Assembly (NCBI GenBank): GCA_041661965.1
Contig: JBAZTH010000001.1
Span: 159,360-223,359, forward strand
Direction: 5' to 3'
DNA: 64,000 nucleotides
Origin: Candidatus Margulisiibacteriota bacterium
GTDB taxonomy: Bacteria; Margulisbacteria; WOR-1; O2-12-FULL-45-9; XYB2-FULL-48-7
Position numbers and translations under genes: made by a program
Part shown: positions 1 to 8,044 of the stretch, in pieces
How the letters are laid out: every line of letters begins with the position of its first letter
Numbering within the stretch: the first letter of the stretch is position 1
Notes under the pieces: model-generated
Told to the model about the DNA's origin: nothing
Seen by the model: the letters and a program-made list of their open reading frames with translations, nothing else
Databases searched by the model: none

Positions 1-2
1 AT

Positions 3-773
3 TACAAAAAGGGGACCAAACTGATCGACGATGAGACTTATGCCCAGATCCAGGCCTTGCGCGCTAAACTGAAACAGTCGGTCTTTGTTGCCATGACCGA
101 GTATTATCATGGGGTTAACGCTTTGACCGCTTTTCCGGAAAAAGAGATTCCCGAAACGGTCGGGGAAGTTGTTTCCAAAGCCGGGTTAACCCAGCTCCGT
201 CTGGCCGGTCCCGAAAAGTTTGCTCATGTGACCGGCTGGTTTTCCGGCCGCCGGAGCGACCCTTTCCCTGGCGAAGAGCGCTATCTTGCCCAGGATATGA
301 CCCTGAAGGCCCGGACCGAAGAAGGGAAACATTATGACTGGGTGCCGGAGATGACCGCTTTCCTGGAGACTGATTACTCCCTCAAAGCGATCGCCGAGCA
401 GAATTATTCGCTGATCGTTCACAACTTCCAGAATTGCGACATGGTCGGCCATACCGGCAACTTGGCGGCGGCGACCGAAGCGATTGCCGACCTCTCTAAA
501 TGCCTGGAGAAACTTGTTCCCGCCTGGCTGGCGAAAGGCGGGATCTTTATCATTACCGCCGATCACGGCAATGCTGATGAGATGAAAATAGATAATAAAG
601 GGAAAGAGGTTGTTAGCACCCAGCATTCGCTCAATCCGGTCCCTTGCTGGGTCTTAGGGAAAGAAGTGAAGTTGAAAGAGCAGGGGATCATCCCCGACGT
701 TGGCGTCACCGTCCTCGACCTGATGGGACTGCCGATCCCCAAAGTGATGACGGCGAAAAGCCTGTTAGACTAG
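3..773 (+). CDS. gpmI: 2,3-bisphosphoglycerate-independent phosphoglycerate mutase, C-terminal part (5' end outside window)
   Basis: The frame is open from the window edge. C-terminal iPGM motifs ITADHGNADEM and HSLNPVP are present. Confidence 0.85.
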   Translation, partial: YKKGTKLIDDETYAQIQALRAKLKQSVFVAMTEYYHGVNALTAFPEKEIPETVGEVVSKAGLTQLRLAGPEKFAHVTGWFSGRRSDPFPGEERYLAQDMTLKARTEEGKHYDWVPEMTAFLETDYSLKAIAEQNYSLIVHNFQNCDMVGHTGNLAAATEAIADLSKCLEKLVPAWLAKGGIFIITADHGNADEMKIDNKGKEVVSTQHSLNPVPCWVLGKEVKLKEQGIIPDVGVTVLDLMGLPIPKVMTAKSLLD

Positions 774-1351
774 AGCGCGGCCATTAATTCTTTGATCTTC
801 TTCTCAATTTCGGAGAATTTTCCGTTATTCATCAGCTCGTGGTTAAAAACTGAAGCCCCAATTGCCACTGCCGCCGCCCCCGCGGCAAAAAATTGTTTGA
901 TGTTTTGTGGAGTCACGCCGCCGCAGGCGAGTAATTTAATATCGTTAAACGGCCCCTTGAGTTCTTTGATGTAATCGGGGTCGCCAACCGCTTTGATCGG
1001 GAAAACTTTGACCATGGTCGCTCCCAACTCCCAGGCGCAGTAGACTTCGTTTGGCGTTAGCGCACCTGGATAGACGGGGATCCCTTTTTTCCGGCAGAAG
1101 GCGATCGTGTCCGGGTCGGTAATGGGGGAGACGATAAAGCTGGCTCCGGCGGCGACCGCCGCTTTCGCGTCCCTAACATTGAGGACGGTGCCGGCTCCGA
1201 CCGGAAAACGTTTGGTAGCCATGGCGATCTGTTCCAGGGAGTTTGGGGAATTGAGAGTGATTTCCAGCTCTTTAATGCCGCCAGCCATAGCCGCTTCAAT
1301 GACGGGGAGGATGTTATCGGTGGTGGCGCCGCGAATGATGCCGAGGATCAT
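770..1351 (-). CDS. eda: KDPG / 4-hydroxy-2-oxoglutarate aldolase
   Basis: 193 aa with the Eda-like pattern GIKELEITLNSP ... GATMVKVFP ... ACGGV. The start abuts the stop of the upstream aldolase gene (TAAATG). Confidence 0.8.
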   Translation of the reverse strand: MILGIIRGATTDNILPVIEAAMAGGIKELEITLNSPNSLEQIAMATKRFPVGAGTVLNVRDAKAAVAAGASFIVSPITDPDTIAFCRKKGIPVYPGALTPNEVYCAWELGATMVKVFPIKAVGDPDYIKELKGPFNDIKLLACGGVTPQNIKQFFAAGAAAVAIGASVFNHELMNNGKFSEIEKKIKELMAAL

Positions 1352-2308
1352 TTAACTAATGACGGCGTCGTTTTGCAGGGCGCGGTAAAACTCGCCGAAG
1401 CTCTTTTTGATCTTGCCAGCCCGATATTCGATGGCGGCGCGCGGGTGCTGGTTCAGGACGCCGGTGATCATATCGGGGATCAGGTAGCCCCATTCGAGCT
1501 TTTCCCGCAGAGGGATAAATTCCTGTTCGATCACGTCGAGGATCGGATCGAGCCGGAATTTAGGGTTCTTAAGGAAAGCAAGCAGGAGCTCGAGCGGGCA
1601 ATTACCGGCCGCCCGGCCGATGCCGAAGATCGTGGCGTCGAGGAAATTCGCCCCTTTGCGGATCGCTTCTATAGTATTGGCGAACGCCAGCTGTTGGTTA
1701 TTGTGGCAGTGGATGCCGACCTCGATCCCTTTCGGTTTCAGGTAGGCGGCATATTTTTCGATGAAAAAATGGATCTGTTCGGAAAAGAGGGAGCCGTAGC
1801 TATCGACGCAGTAGACCGCCTTGACCGGAGTGGCCGAAAGCTGGCCGAGCGCCTCTTCCAGGTCGGGCAGAAGGGCGGTGGAGACCGCCATGATGTTGAC
1901 CGTAGTCTCATACCCTTTGTCGGCGCAATGCTTGACCAGGTCGATCGCTTTGTCAACGTCTTTGGCGTAGCAGGCGACCCGCATCATGTCGATAACGCTA
2001 TCTTTTTTAGGGAGGATGTCGACCGGCTCGACCCGGCCGATGTCGACCATCGTCGAGATCTTGGCTTTGGTCTCTACTCCTTCGATTATCTGGCGGAGAA
2101 AATCTTCAGAGCAAAACTTGGCCTTGCCGTACTTGTCCGGCGAAAAGTATTTAGTGGAAGCTTTATAACCGATCTCAATATAGTCGACGCCGGAAGCGGC
2201 CAGCGCTTTGTAGGTCGCGCGGACGAACTTGTCTTCAAAAAGATGTTCGTTGATCAGCCCGCCGTCGCGGATCGTGCAGTCGAGAACCTTAATTTCTGGT
2301 CTGTACAT
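1352..2308 (-). CDS. HMGL-like (DRE-TIM) aldolase / pyruvate carboxyltransferase-domain protein
   Basis: N-terminal VLDCTIRDGG and a HCHNN metal-binding motif. I prefer the ATG at 2308 because GGTATAAT lies 6 nt upstream of it. The ORF-track start at 2326 lies inside that -10 box. Confidence 0.75.
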   Translation of the reverse strand: MYRPEIKVLDCTIRDGGLINEHLFEDKFVRATYKALAASGVDYIEIGYKASTKYFSPDKYGKAKFCSEDFLRQIIEGVETKAKISTMVDIGRVEPVDILPKKDSVIDMMRVACYAKDVDKAIDLVKHCADKGYETTVNIMAVSTALLPDLEEALGQLSATPVKAVYCVDSYGSLFSEQIHFFIEKYAAYLKPKGIEVGIHCHNNQQLAFANTIEAIRKGANFLDATIFGIGRAAGNCPLELLLAFLKNPKFRLDPILDVIEQEFIPLREKLEWGYLIPDMITGVLNQHPRAAIEYRAGKIKKSFGEFYRALQNDAVIS

Positions 2309-2338
2309 ATAGACATTATACCTCACGAATGAAGATTT

Positions 2339-2359
2339 TTAAATATGCAGCGCCAGCTT
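2339..2359. repeat. Direct repeat copy 1 (orphan duplicate of the lpdA 3' end)
   Basis: The sequence TTAAATATGCAGCGCCAGCTT matches 3024-3044 at 20 of 21 positions. Confidence 0.85.
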
Positions 2360-2838
2360 TATTTGTTTTTGAGTGCTTTGAGGTACTGAATATCGAGTAG
2401 ATCCTTTGGTGCGGAACGGAGTTTTTTTAAGAGGATTAAATCGTCAATGCAAGGGAGATTAATTTTTAACCCGCCGGGGTCTTTGGCGACAACTTTTCTA
2501 TCGTAGATCTCCTGGAAAATTATTTTTCCGGTCTTAGCCGAAGACAAGGCTTTAGCCCGAAAGACATCGACGGCTATATCGTTTTCCAGCTTGAATTTGA
2601 AAGTCTTTTTGAGCTCTTTTTCCGGTAAGTTTGGATATAAGCCGAAACTCTCGGCGATTTTAAGCAATAAACTGGTGTTTTCTTCCGAGCCGTCAATGTA
2701 AATATCGTAATCCATACTTTGAACCGGACCGCCGTAAGCGATAACCGCTTGTCGGCCGATCAAAAGATATTTTACTCCTTTATCGTGAATGGCTTTGATA
2801 AATTGGAGCGGTTCAGGTAGATTTTTTAAATCCTTCAA
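2359..2838 (-). CDS. Minimal nucleotidyltransferase-fold protein (function unknown)
   Basis: 159 aa with a TTG start. The motif IGRQAVIAYGGPVQSMDYDIYID fits the hG[GS]-x-D-x-D NTase signature. The DNA is AT-rich. Confidence 0.6.
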   Translation of the reverse strand: MKDLKNLPEPLQFIKAIHDKGVKYLLIGRQAVIAYGGPVQSMDYDIYIDGSEENTSLLLKIAESFGLYPNLPEKELKKTFKFKLENDIAVDVFRAKALSSAKTGKIIFQEIYDRKVVAKDPGGLKINLPCIDDLILLKKLRSAPKDLLDIQYLKALKNK

Positions 2839-3023
2839 TTTTTAATCCTCGTAAAATTTTGACCGCTTCCTGTTGAGAAAAAGATAAGGTTAGCCTTTTA
2901 ACCAAATTAAACTTTTTAAACCAGGCGATATTTTCAATGATTTCTCTGTTTTTTGACTTCTTCATGTCTAAATATTAACATGGCCAACATGAATAAACAA
3001 TCATAGGGGGCAACGGACTAGGC
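2360..3023 (-). mobile_element. Putative inserted two-gene cassette (no recombinase gene present)
   Basis: It is bracketed by the 21-bp direct repeat. It is visibly AT-richer than both flanks. It interrupts an otherwise tightly packed operon. Confidence 0.45.
2813..2965 (-). CDS. Small 50-aa ORF overlapping the start of the NTase gene (possible partner/antitoxin-like)
   Basis: Translation: MKKSKNREIIENIAWFKKFNLVKRLTLSFSQQEAVKILRGLKIEGFKKST. It is preceded by TGTTAATAT-N6-ATG and overlaps the downstream gene by 26 nt. It is below the ORF-track size cutoff. Confidence 0.45.
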   Translation of the reverse strand: MKKSKNREIIENIAWFKKFNLVKRLTLSFSQQEAVKILRGLKIEGFKKST

Positions 3024-3044
3024 TTAAATATGCAGCGCCCGCTT
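3024..3044. repeat. Direct repeat copy 2 (functional lpdA 3' end incl. stop)
   Basis: The sequence TTAAATATGCAGCGCCCGCTT encodes the last lpdA residues and its stop codon on the minus strand. Confidence 0.85.
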
Positions 3045-4334
3045 GAGGACCGCTTCGGCCGCTTCCTGCATCCCTTCGGGATAAGAGGGGTGGGCTTGAA
3101 AAGTTGAACCAAACTGCTCGATCGTTAAGCTGTTCTTGATTGCCAGCGTCGCCATGCCGATCAGGGCGGTTGCTTCCGGACCGATGATGTGGACCCCGAG
3201 GATCTTCCCTTTTTCGTCGGCGACGAACTTAATGAAGCCTTCGATCTCTCCCATCGCCCGGGCGATCCCGAGCGCCCCGAACTGAAATTTACCGGTCAAG
3301 ATATCGGGGTTTTTCGCCCGAGCCTCTTTTTCGGTAAGGCCGACCCCGGCGATCTCCGGTTGGGTGTAGATGCCATAGGGGACGCAGTCATAATTATAAG
3401 TTCGGCTGTTTCCCAGGGCATTCTCGGCGGCGATCACCCCTTGTTCGTAAGCGACGTGAGCAAATTGTTTCAAGCTGACCAGGTCGCCGACGGCGTAAAC
3501 CCCGGGGAGGCTGGTTTCCATTTTTTCATTGACCCAGACCCGTTTGCCGTCCAGCTTCAAGTTTAATCCTTCAAGCCCCACCAGGTTCGGCACCCGGCCG
3601 ACGCAGACCAGCGAAACGCCGCCGGTTTTTTGCGGGTCAAAAAATGTCCCGGTTTTCACTTCGACTTTCCTCCGTTTAAGGAGCCGTCCGACCAGCGCGA
3701 CGATTTCATCGTCAACCCCGGGTAGAATTTCCGGCTGGGCTTCGTAGATCGTGACCGTGGTCCCGAGCGCGCTGTAGATCATGGCAAAGTGAAGGCCGAT
3801 GACGCCGCCGCCGACGATATCGAGTCGGGGGGGAGGAGAAGTTAGTTCCAAAGCTTCGTCACTGCAGATGACCTTCTTGCCGTCATGGGTGACCCCCGGC
3901 AGATTAGCGGAGAGGGAGCCGGTGGCGAGGATCATGGCCCGCGACTGAACGTCGCGGTTGCCGACCTTGATCCAACCTGCGGATTGGACTTCCCCTTTCC
4001 CTTTGATCAGCTCAATCCCGTTCTTTTCGATCAGCCTGGCCAGCCCTTTTACCAATTTGGCGACGACTTCGTTCTTGCGGGCAATGACCTTGGCAAAATC
4101 AATGGCGATGTTTTGAGCGGAGAGACCGAGGCTCTCGGCCTTCTGCATTTTCTCGTAAAAGTTGGTGCAGGCGATAAGCGACTTGGTCGGGATACACCCC
4201 CGGTTTAGACAGGTCCCGCCGACCTGGTCTTGTTCGATCAGGGCGACTTTGGCCCCGAGCTGGGCGGCCCGGATCGCGGCGGCATAACCGCCGGGACCAC
4301 CGCCTAAAACCACCAAATCGTAGTTATTTGACAT
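3024..4334 (-). CDS. lpdA: Dihydrolipoyl dehydrogenase
   Basis: Contains GGGPGGY FAD motif, the redox disulfide GGTCLNRGCIPTK and C-terminal HPSYPE. Confidence 0.9.
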   Translation of the reverse strand: MSNNYDLVVLGGGPGGYAAAIRAAQLGAKVALIEQDQVGGTCLNRGCIPTKSLIACTNFYEKMQKAESLGLSAQNIAIDFAKVIARKNEVVAKLVKGLARLIEKNGIELIKGKGEVQSAGWIKVGNRDVQSRAMILATGSLSANLPGVTHDGKKVICSDEALELTSPPPRLDIVGGGVIGLHFAMIYSALGTTVTIYEAQPEILPGVDDEIVALVGRLLKRRKVEVKTGTFFDPQKTGGVSLVCVGRVPNLVGLEGLNLKLDGKRVWVNEKMETSLPGVYAVGDLVSLKQFAHVAYEQGVIAAENALGNSRTYNYDCVPYGIYTQPEIAGVGLTEKEARAKNPDILTGKFQFGALGIARAMGEIEGFIKFVADEKGKILGVHIIGPEATALIGMATLAIKNSLTIEQFGSTFQAHPSYPEGMQEAAEAVLKRALHI

Positions 4335-4935
4335 ATTTCTCCTCGTAATAGGGGCGGACCCGGAATTTTACTCCCAGGTCGGCCGCGATCTTCCGGCAGG
4401 CCTCAACATCGACGGTGGGGAGGTTGAGGACCGAGACTTCAATCTCCGGGATATAGGTTTTGGCCTCTTTGATGAAATCAAGGACCGCCTGGTAACTTTT
4501 TTCTCCCAAAGCTGGTTGGCAGATTTGGTTGTAGAGCTCGGCGTTCTGGGCGTTAAGGCTGATCGACATGGCGTCGATAAGCCCCTTTAATTCCGGCAGG
4601 ATATTTTTACCCCAGAAGAGGTTGCCGGTCCCATTGGTATCGATTCGGATAGTGGGGGTCGGTCCGCCCGCTTTAATCTTTTTAGCGATCTCTTTGACCA
4701 CGTCGAGACGGACCAGCGGTTCGCCATACCCGCAAAAAACGATCTGCGGGTATTTTTTCGGGTCGCCGATCGCCGCCATGACTTCATCGGCGGTCGGTTC
4801 ACGGTCGAGCCAGAGGGAATACTCCTGGTTGAACTTCCTGGCTTTGTTGCGGATGCAAAAGCCGCACTCGTTGGTGCAGCGGTTGGTGATGTTCAGATAG
4901 AGATTTTCCCCTACCGGATAAGCGATTGTCTGCAT
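4324..4935 (-). CDS. Radical SAM protein (small, TatD-associated-type family)
   Basis: 203 aa with a CTNECGFC CxxxCxxC cluster near the N-terminus. It overlaps the lpdA start by 11 nt. TGTTATAAT-N6-ATG lies upstream. Confidence 0.75.
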   Translation of the reverse strand: MQTIAYPVGENLYLNITNRCTNECGFCIRNKARKFNQEYSLWLDREPTADEVMAAIGDPKKYPQIVFCGYGEPLVRLDVVKEIAKKIKAGGPTPTIRIDTNGTGNLFWGKNILPELKGLIDAMSISLNAQNAELYNQICQPALGEKSYQAVLDFIKEAKTYIPEIEVSVLNLPTVDVEACRKIAADLGVKFRVRPYYEEKYVK

Positions 4936-4941
4936 GACAGA

Positions 4942-4950
4942 ATTATAACA
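4942..4950 (-). promoter_or_regulatory. Extended -10 box, leaderless-type
   Basis: On the minus strand, TGTTATAAT lies 6 nt before the ATG at 4935. Confidence 0.55.
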
Positions 4951-4988
4951 TAGCTGAAATTTCCCGGCTTAGCTGGCGAAAGATAAAC

Positions 4989-6602
4989 ATGAAAACACAA
5001 CTCTTGGAGACCTTAAGAACGAGATACTTTCAATTGCGGCGGATCGAAAACAGACGAATGGCGGAACCTAAATCTTGGACCGCGGTCGGAAACCTGGTCC
5101 GATGGACTACCGCCAAAATTACCGATCGGTCGCGGGCGAATCTCGAAAACCTGGCCCAATTACATCCCCAGGAGATCGAAAAGGCGATCGAGGGATTGCG
5201 CAAAAGCGGTGAACGGATCGAAAAGATCGTTGTTCCATCTGGCTTAGCCGGGCCTGCTTTGGCTTTCTCGTTTAAAGAAGGAGTGGCTCGTCTAGGGAAA
5301 GAAGCGGCCCAAAACGGGACCGTAAAAGTCCTTCCTTACAAACCCCAGCCGCTGGCGGACTTGATAACTTCCTTTGAAAAAGAGAAAAAGGCTTTCGCCC
5401 GCGACCCGGAATACGCCTCCTTGTTCCTTTACAAAGCGATCCTGCGGTTCAGGGTAGAACTGTATAAGGTAGGGGAAGAACGTTCGGCCGGTAAGAAGCA
5501 GGGGCGGCCGCCGGCGGCTGATCCTTTTCAAGAAATCCACCAGGTCCTCTCATATTTTATCGGCAAGTTCCCGTTTGGCGTCGAGCGGGACAAAGAAAGC
5601 CTGCAAAAAGCGGTCGATTGTTTGCAGAAAGGGAACAATGTCGCCGCCGATACCAGTTTGCAGTATTTAACCAGTCGCTTGGTCAAGCAACTTGATGAAC
5701 TAATGGTCAAGCGCTTACGTTCCACCCGCCCGGCCCAAAATTGGAAGCTCTCGCTGATCGAAAAGGGTGAAAACAAAGGCAATTGGATCATCAACCAGGT
5801 CGGCTATCGGCTGACCCCGAGCGGTGTTTTACGCCGGGAATCGATCCCGCACTTGGTTTCGACCGCTAAACTATTGAGCATGATTGACCATGAGCAAAAA
5901 AAGATCTCTCAGGAACTAGAGGATAATAAAGCCTATTTGGAAAAGATCAGAATGATCGCGTCCGATCCGCTCGGTCAATGGTCGGAATTGTTGGAACTCC
6001 ATGAGCGCTTCACTTCGTTCTTTGCCTGGCATAAAGACAAAGCTTGCGTTGAGTTGGAAGCGGCGCTGCATGTCACGCTGGTCGGGTCCGATCAAGCGGT
6101 CCGGTTAGCGCAGGATCTCCTGGGGGTTGCGGAGGAGACGCTCGCTTTACGACAGGAAGTTTTAGTGAAGCAGGCGAAACGGATCGGGGAGCTTAAGCGG
6201 GAAGCGGAGAAAAAGATAATCGATCATTTGATGGCTTTTGCCGTTTCAATCGTTAATAACCTGGCCGATAAAAGAGCCTTGACCAACGCCCGCTGGCTTG
6301 GCCTTATTGAAGTTAAGCTTGACGGTTTCCTTAAGACTTTTTTGCGGGATGAGATGCGTGAACCGTGGCTGACGAGATGTAAGGGGCGAGTCGACAAACT
6401 GCGGGAAGCGCTCCCCAAATTATCTGATCCGACGCTGACCCGCGAAGATAAAGGAGCGAAGTTAAAGAAGGGCGCCTCCTATATTTTGCAGCTGGGCTTC
6501 TTTTATGAGACCCGAAAAGAAGACAGCGTGACGACCGTTTCCGCCTGGCAGAACTATATTCGTCGGTATAAAGAACTGTTGGATAAATTCGATCAGCTTT
6601 AA
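4989..6602 (+). CDS. Hypothetical protein, 537 aa, predicted mostly helical
   Basis: A long ORF with host-like composition. I recognise no motif, signal peptide or TM segment. Confidence 0.6.
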   Translation: MKTQLLETLRTRYFQLRRIENRRMAEPKSWTAVGNLVRWTTAKITDRSRANLENLAQLHPQEIEKAIEGLRKSGERIEKIVVPSGLAGPALAFSFKEGVARLGKEAAQNGTVKVLPYKPQPLADLITSFEKEKKAFARDPEYASLFLYKAILRFRVELYKVGEERSAGKKQGRPPAADPFQEIHQVLSYFIGKFPFGVERDKESLQKAVDCLQKGNNVAADTSLQYLTSRLVKQLDELMVKRLRSTRPAQNWKLSLIEKGENKGNWIINQVGYRLTPSGVLRRESIPHLVSTAKLLSMIDHEQKKISQELEDNKAYLEKIRMIASDPLGQWSELLELHERFTSFFAWHKDKACVELEAALHVTLVGSDQAVRLAQDLLGVAEETLALRQEVLVKQAKRIGELKREAEKKIIDHLMAFAVSIVNNLADKRALTNARWLGLIEVKLDGFLKTFLRDEMREPWLTRCKGRVDKLREALPKLSDPTLTREDKGAKLKKGASYILQLGFFYETRKEDSVTTVSAWQNYIRRYKELLDKFDQL

Positions 6603-6604
6603 AT

Positions 6605-8044
6605 TTACTTGAGGGCTTCTTTGAGGAGCTTATTCGCCAGGGCCGGGTTGGCCCGCCCTTTGGAGAGCTTCATGACCTGGCCGACCAGGAAGGTGAGGGC
6701 GGTTTCTTTGCCGCCTTTGTAGTCGGCGACCACTTTCGCGTTTCCCGCGATAACGTCGGTGATGATCTTGCTCAATTCCCCCTGATCGCTGATCTGCGCC
6801 CCTGATTCGGCGACGATATCTTTAACTTGCTTACCGGTCTCAATAACTTTGACCAGCACTCCTTTGGCTAGTTTTCCGCTCAAGGTCCCTTCGTCGATCA
6901 ATTTTAGCAGCTCCGCCAGTTGCGGCGGTTTGAAGTTTAGCTCTTCGATCGTCTGCTTTTTTTCTTTAAGGTAGGCGGTGACTTCGCCGGTCAGCCAGTT
7001 GGCAACGACCGTTCCTTTTTTGTAGAGCTTAGTCGTTTCTTCAAAGAAGTTGGCCAGCGGTTTGTCATAAACCAGGATCGCGGCCGTTTCAGCATTGAGG
7101 CCGAATTGATCGATCAGCCGTTGATGGCGCTGCTGCGGGAGTTCCCCTAGCGATTCCCTGATTTTTTCGATCCATTCGGCTGACGGTTCGATCGGCGGCA
7201 GGTCCGGTTCCGGGAAGTAGCGGTAATCATGAGCTTCTTCCTTGTTCCGCATGCCGGAAGTGGTGTTGGTTTCTTCCGAGTAGAAGCGGGTCTCCTGCAC
7301 GATCTTCCCGCCTTCGCTTAAGACCTCTTCGTGGCGCTTGATCTCCGAGAGGAGCGCTTTTTCGACCGCTTTGAAGGAGTTCATGTTCTTGACCTCGGTC
7401 TTGGTCCCGAACTCTTTTTGGCCGACCGGCCGGAGCGAGACGTTAGCGTCACAGCGGAGCGAGCCTTCTTCCATCTTGGCGTCGCAAACTCCGATGTAAC
7501 GAAGCAGGTTGGCCAGGGTCTCGACGTAAACGGCCGCTTCTCTGGCCGAGCGGAAATCCGGTTCGCTGACGATCTCCATCAACGGGGTGCCGCCCCGGTT
7601 GTAATCGACGAGCGATTCTTCGGCTCCCATGATCCGAGCGGCGCCGACGTGGACCAGTTTGCCGGCGTCCTCTTCCAGGTGGAGACGGGTGATCCCGATC
7701 CGCTTTTTGACCCCGTCGACGTCGATATCGACGTAACCGCCGGTCGCCAGCGGTTTATCATATTGGGAGATCTGGTAACCTTTTGGCAGGTCAGGGTAGA
7801 AGTAGTTCTTCCGGGCAAAGATACTGCTTGGTTCGATCTTGCAGTTCAAAGCGAGGGCCGCTTTGATCCCCAGCTCGACCGCCTTAATATTCGCGACCGG
7901 AAGGGAACCGGGCTGGCCGGTGCAGATTGGGCAGATGTTGGTGTTCGGCTCCGAGCCGAACTTGATCGAGCAGGAACAAAACATTTTACTTTCAGTCAGC
8001 GCTTGGGCGTGGATCTCCAGCCCGGCGACCATTTCATACTTCAT
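6605..8044 (-). CDS. gatB: Asp-tRNA(Asn)/Glu-tRNA(Gln) amidotransferase subunit B
   Basis: 479 aa with the N-terminus YEMVAGLEIHAQL-like, a CPICTGQPGSLP zinc motif and a C-terminal GatB/YqeY tail. Confidence 0.95.
   Translation of the reverse strand: MKYEMVAGLEIHAQALTESKMFCSCSIKFGSEPNTNICPICTGQPGSLPVANIKAVELGIKAALALNCKIEPSSIFARKNYFYPDLPKGYQISQYDKPLATGGYVDIDVDGVKKRIGITRLHLEEDAGKLVHVGAARIMGAEESLVDYNRGGTPLMEIVSEPDFRSAREAAVYVETLANLLRYIGVCDAKMEEGSLRCDANVSLRPVGQKEFGTKTEVKNMNSFKAVEKALLSEIKRHEEVLSEGGKIVQETRFYSEETNTTSGMRNKEEAHDYRYFPEPDLPPIEPSAEWIEKIRESLGELPQQRHQRLIDQFGLNAETAAILVYDKPLANFFEETTKLYKKGTVVANWLTGEVTAYLKEKKQTIEELNFKPPQLAELLKLIDEGTLSGKLAKGVLVKVIETGKQVKDIVAESGAQISDQGELSKIITDVIAGNAKVVADYKGGKETALTFLVGQVMKLSKGRANPALANKLLKEALK

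Noticed and set aside
1373-2332. A long 319-aa ORF antisense to the aldolase gene. Similar long antisense ORFs occur at 7331-8062, 24560-25159, 33639-34622, 50230-51039, 54149-54991, 55169-56071, 57948-58868, 59863-60624 and 62701-63492.
   Set aside because: Each lies entirely within, and opposite to, a gene with clear family motifs. Their translations are low-complexity (rich in R, G, P and D) with no motifs. These are typical shadow ORFs produced by the codon bias of the real gene.
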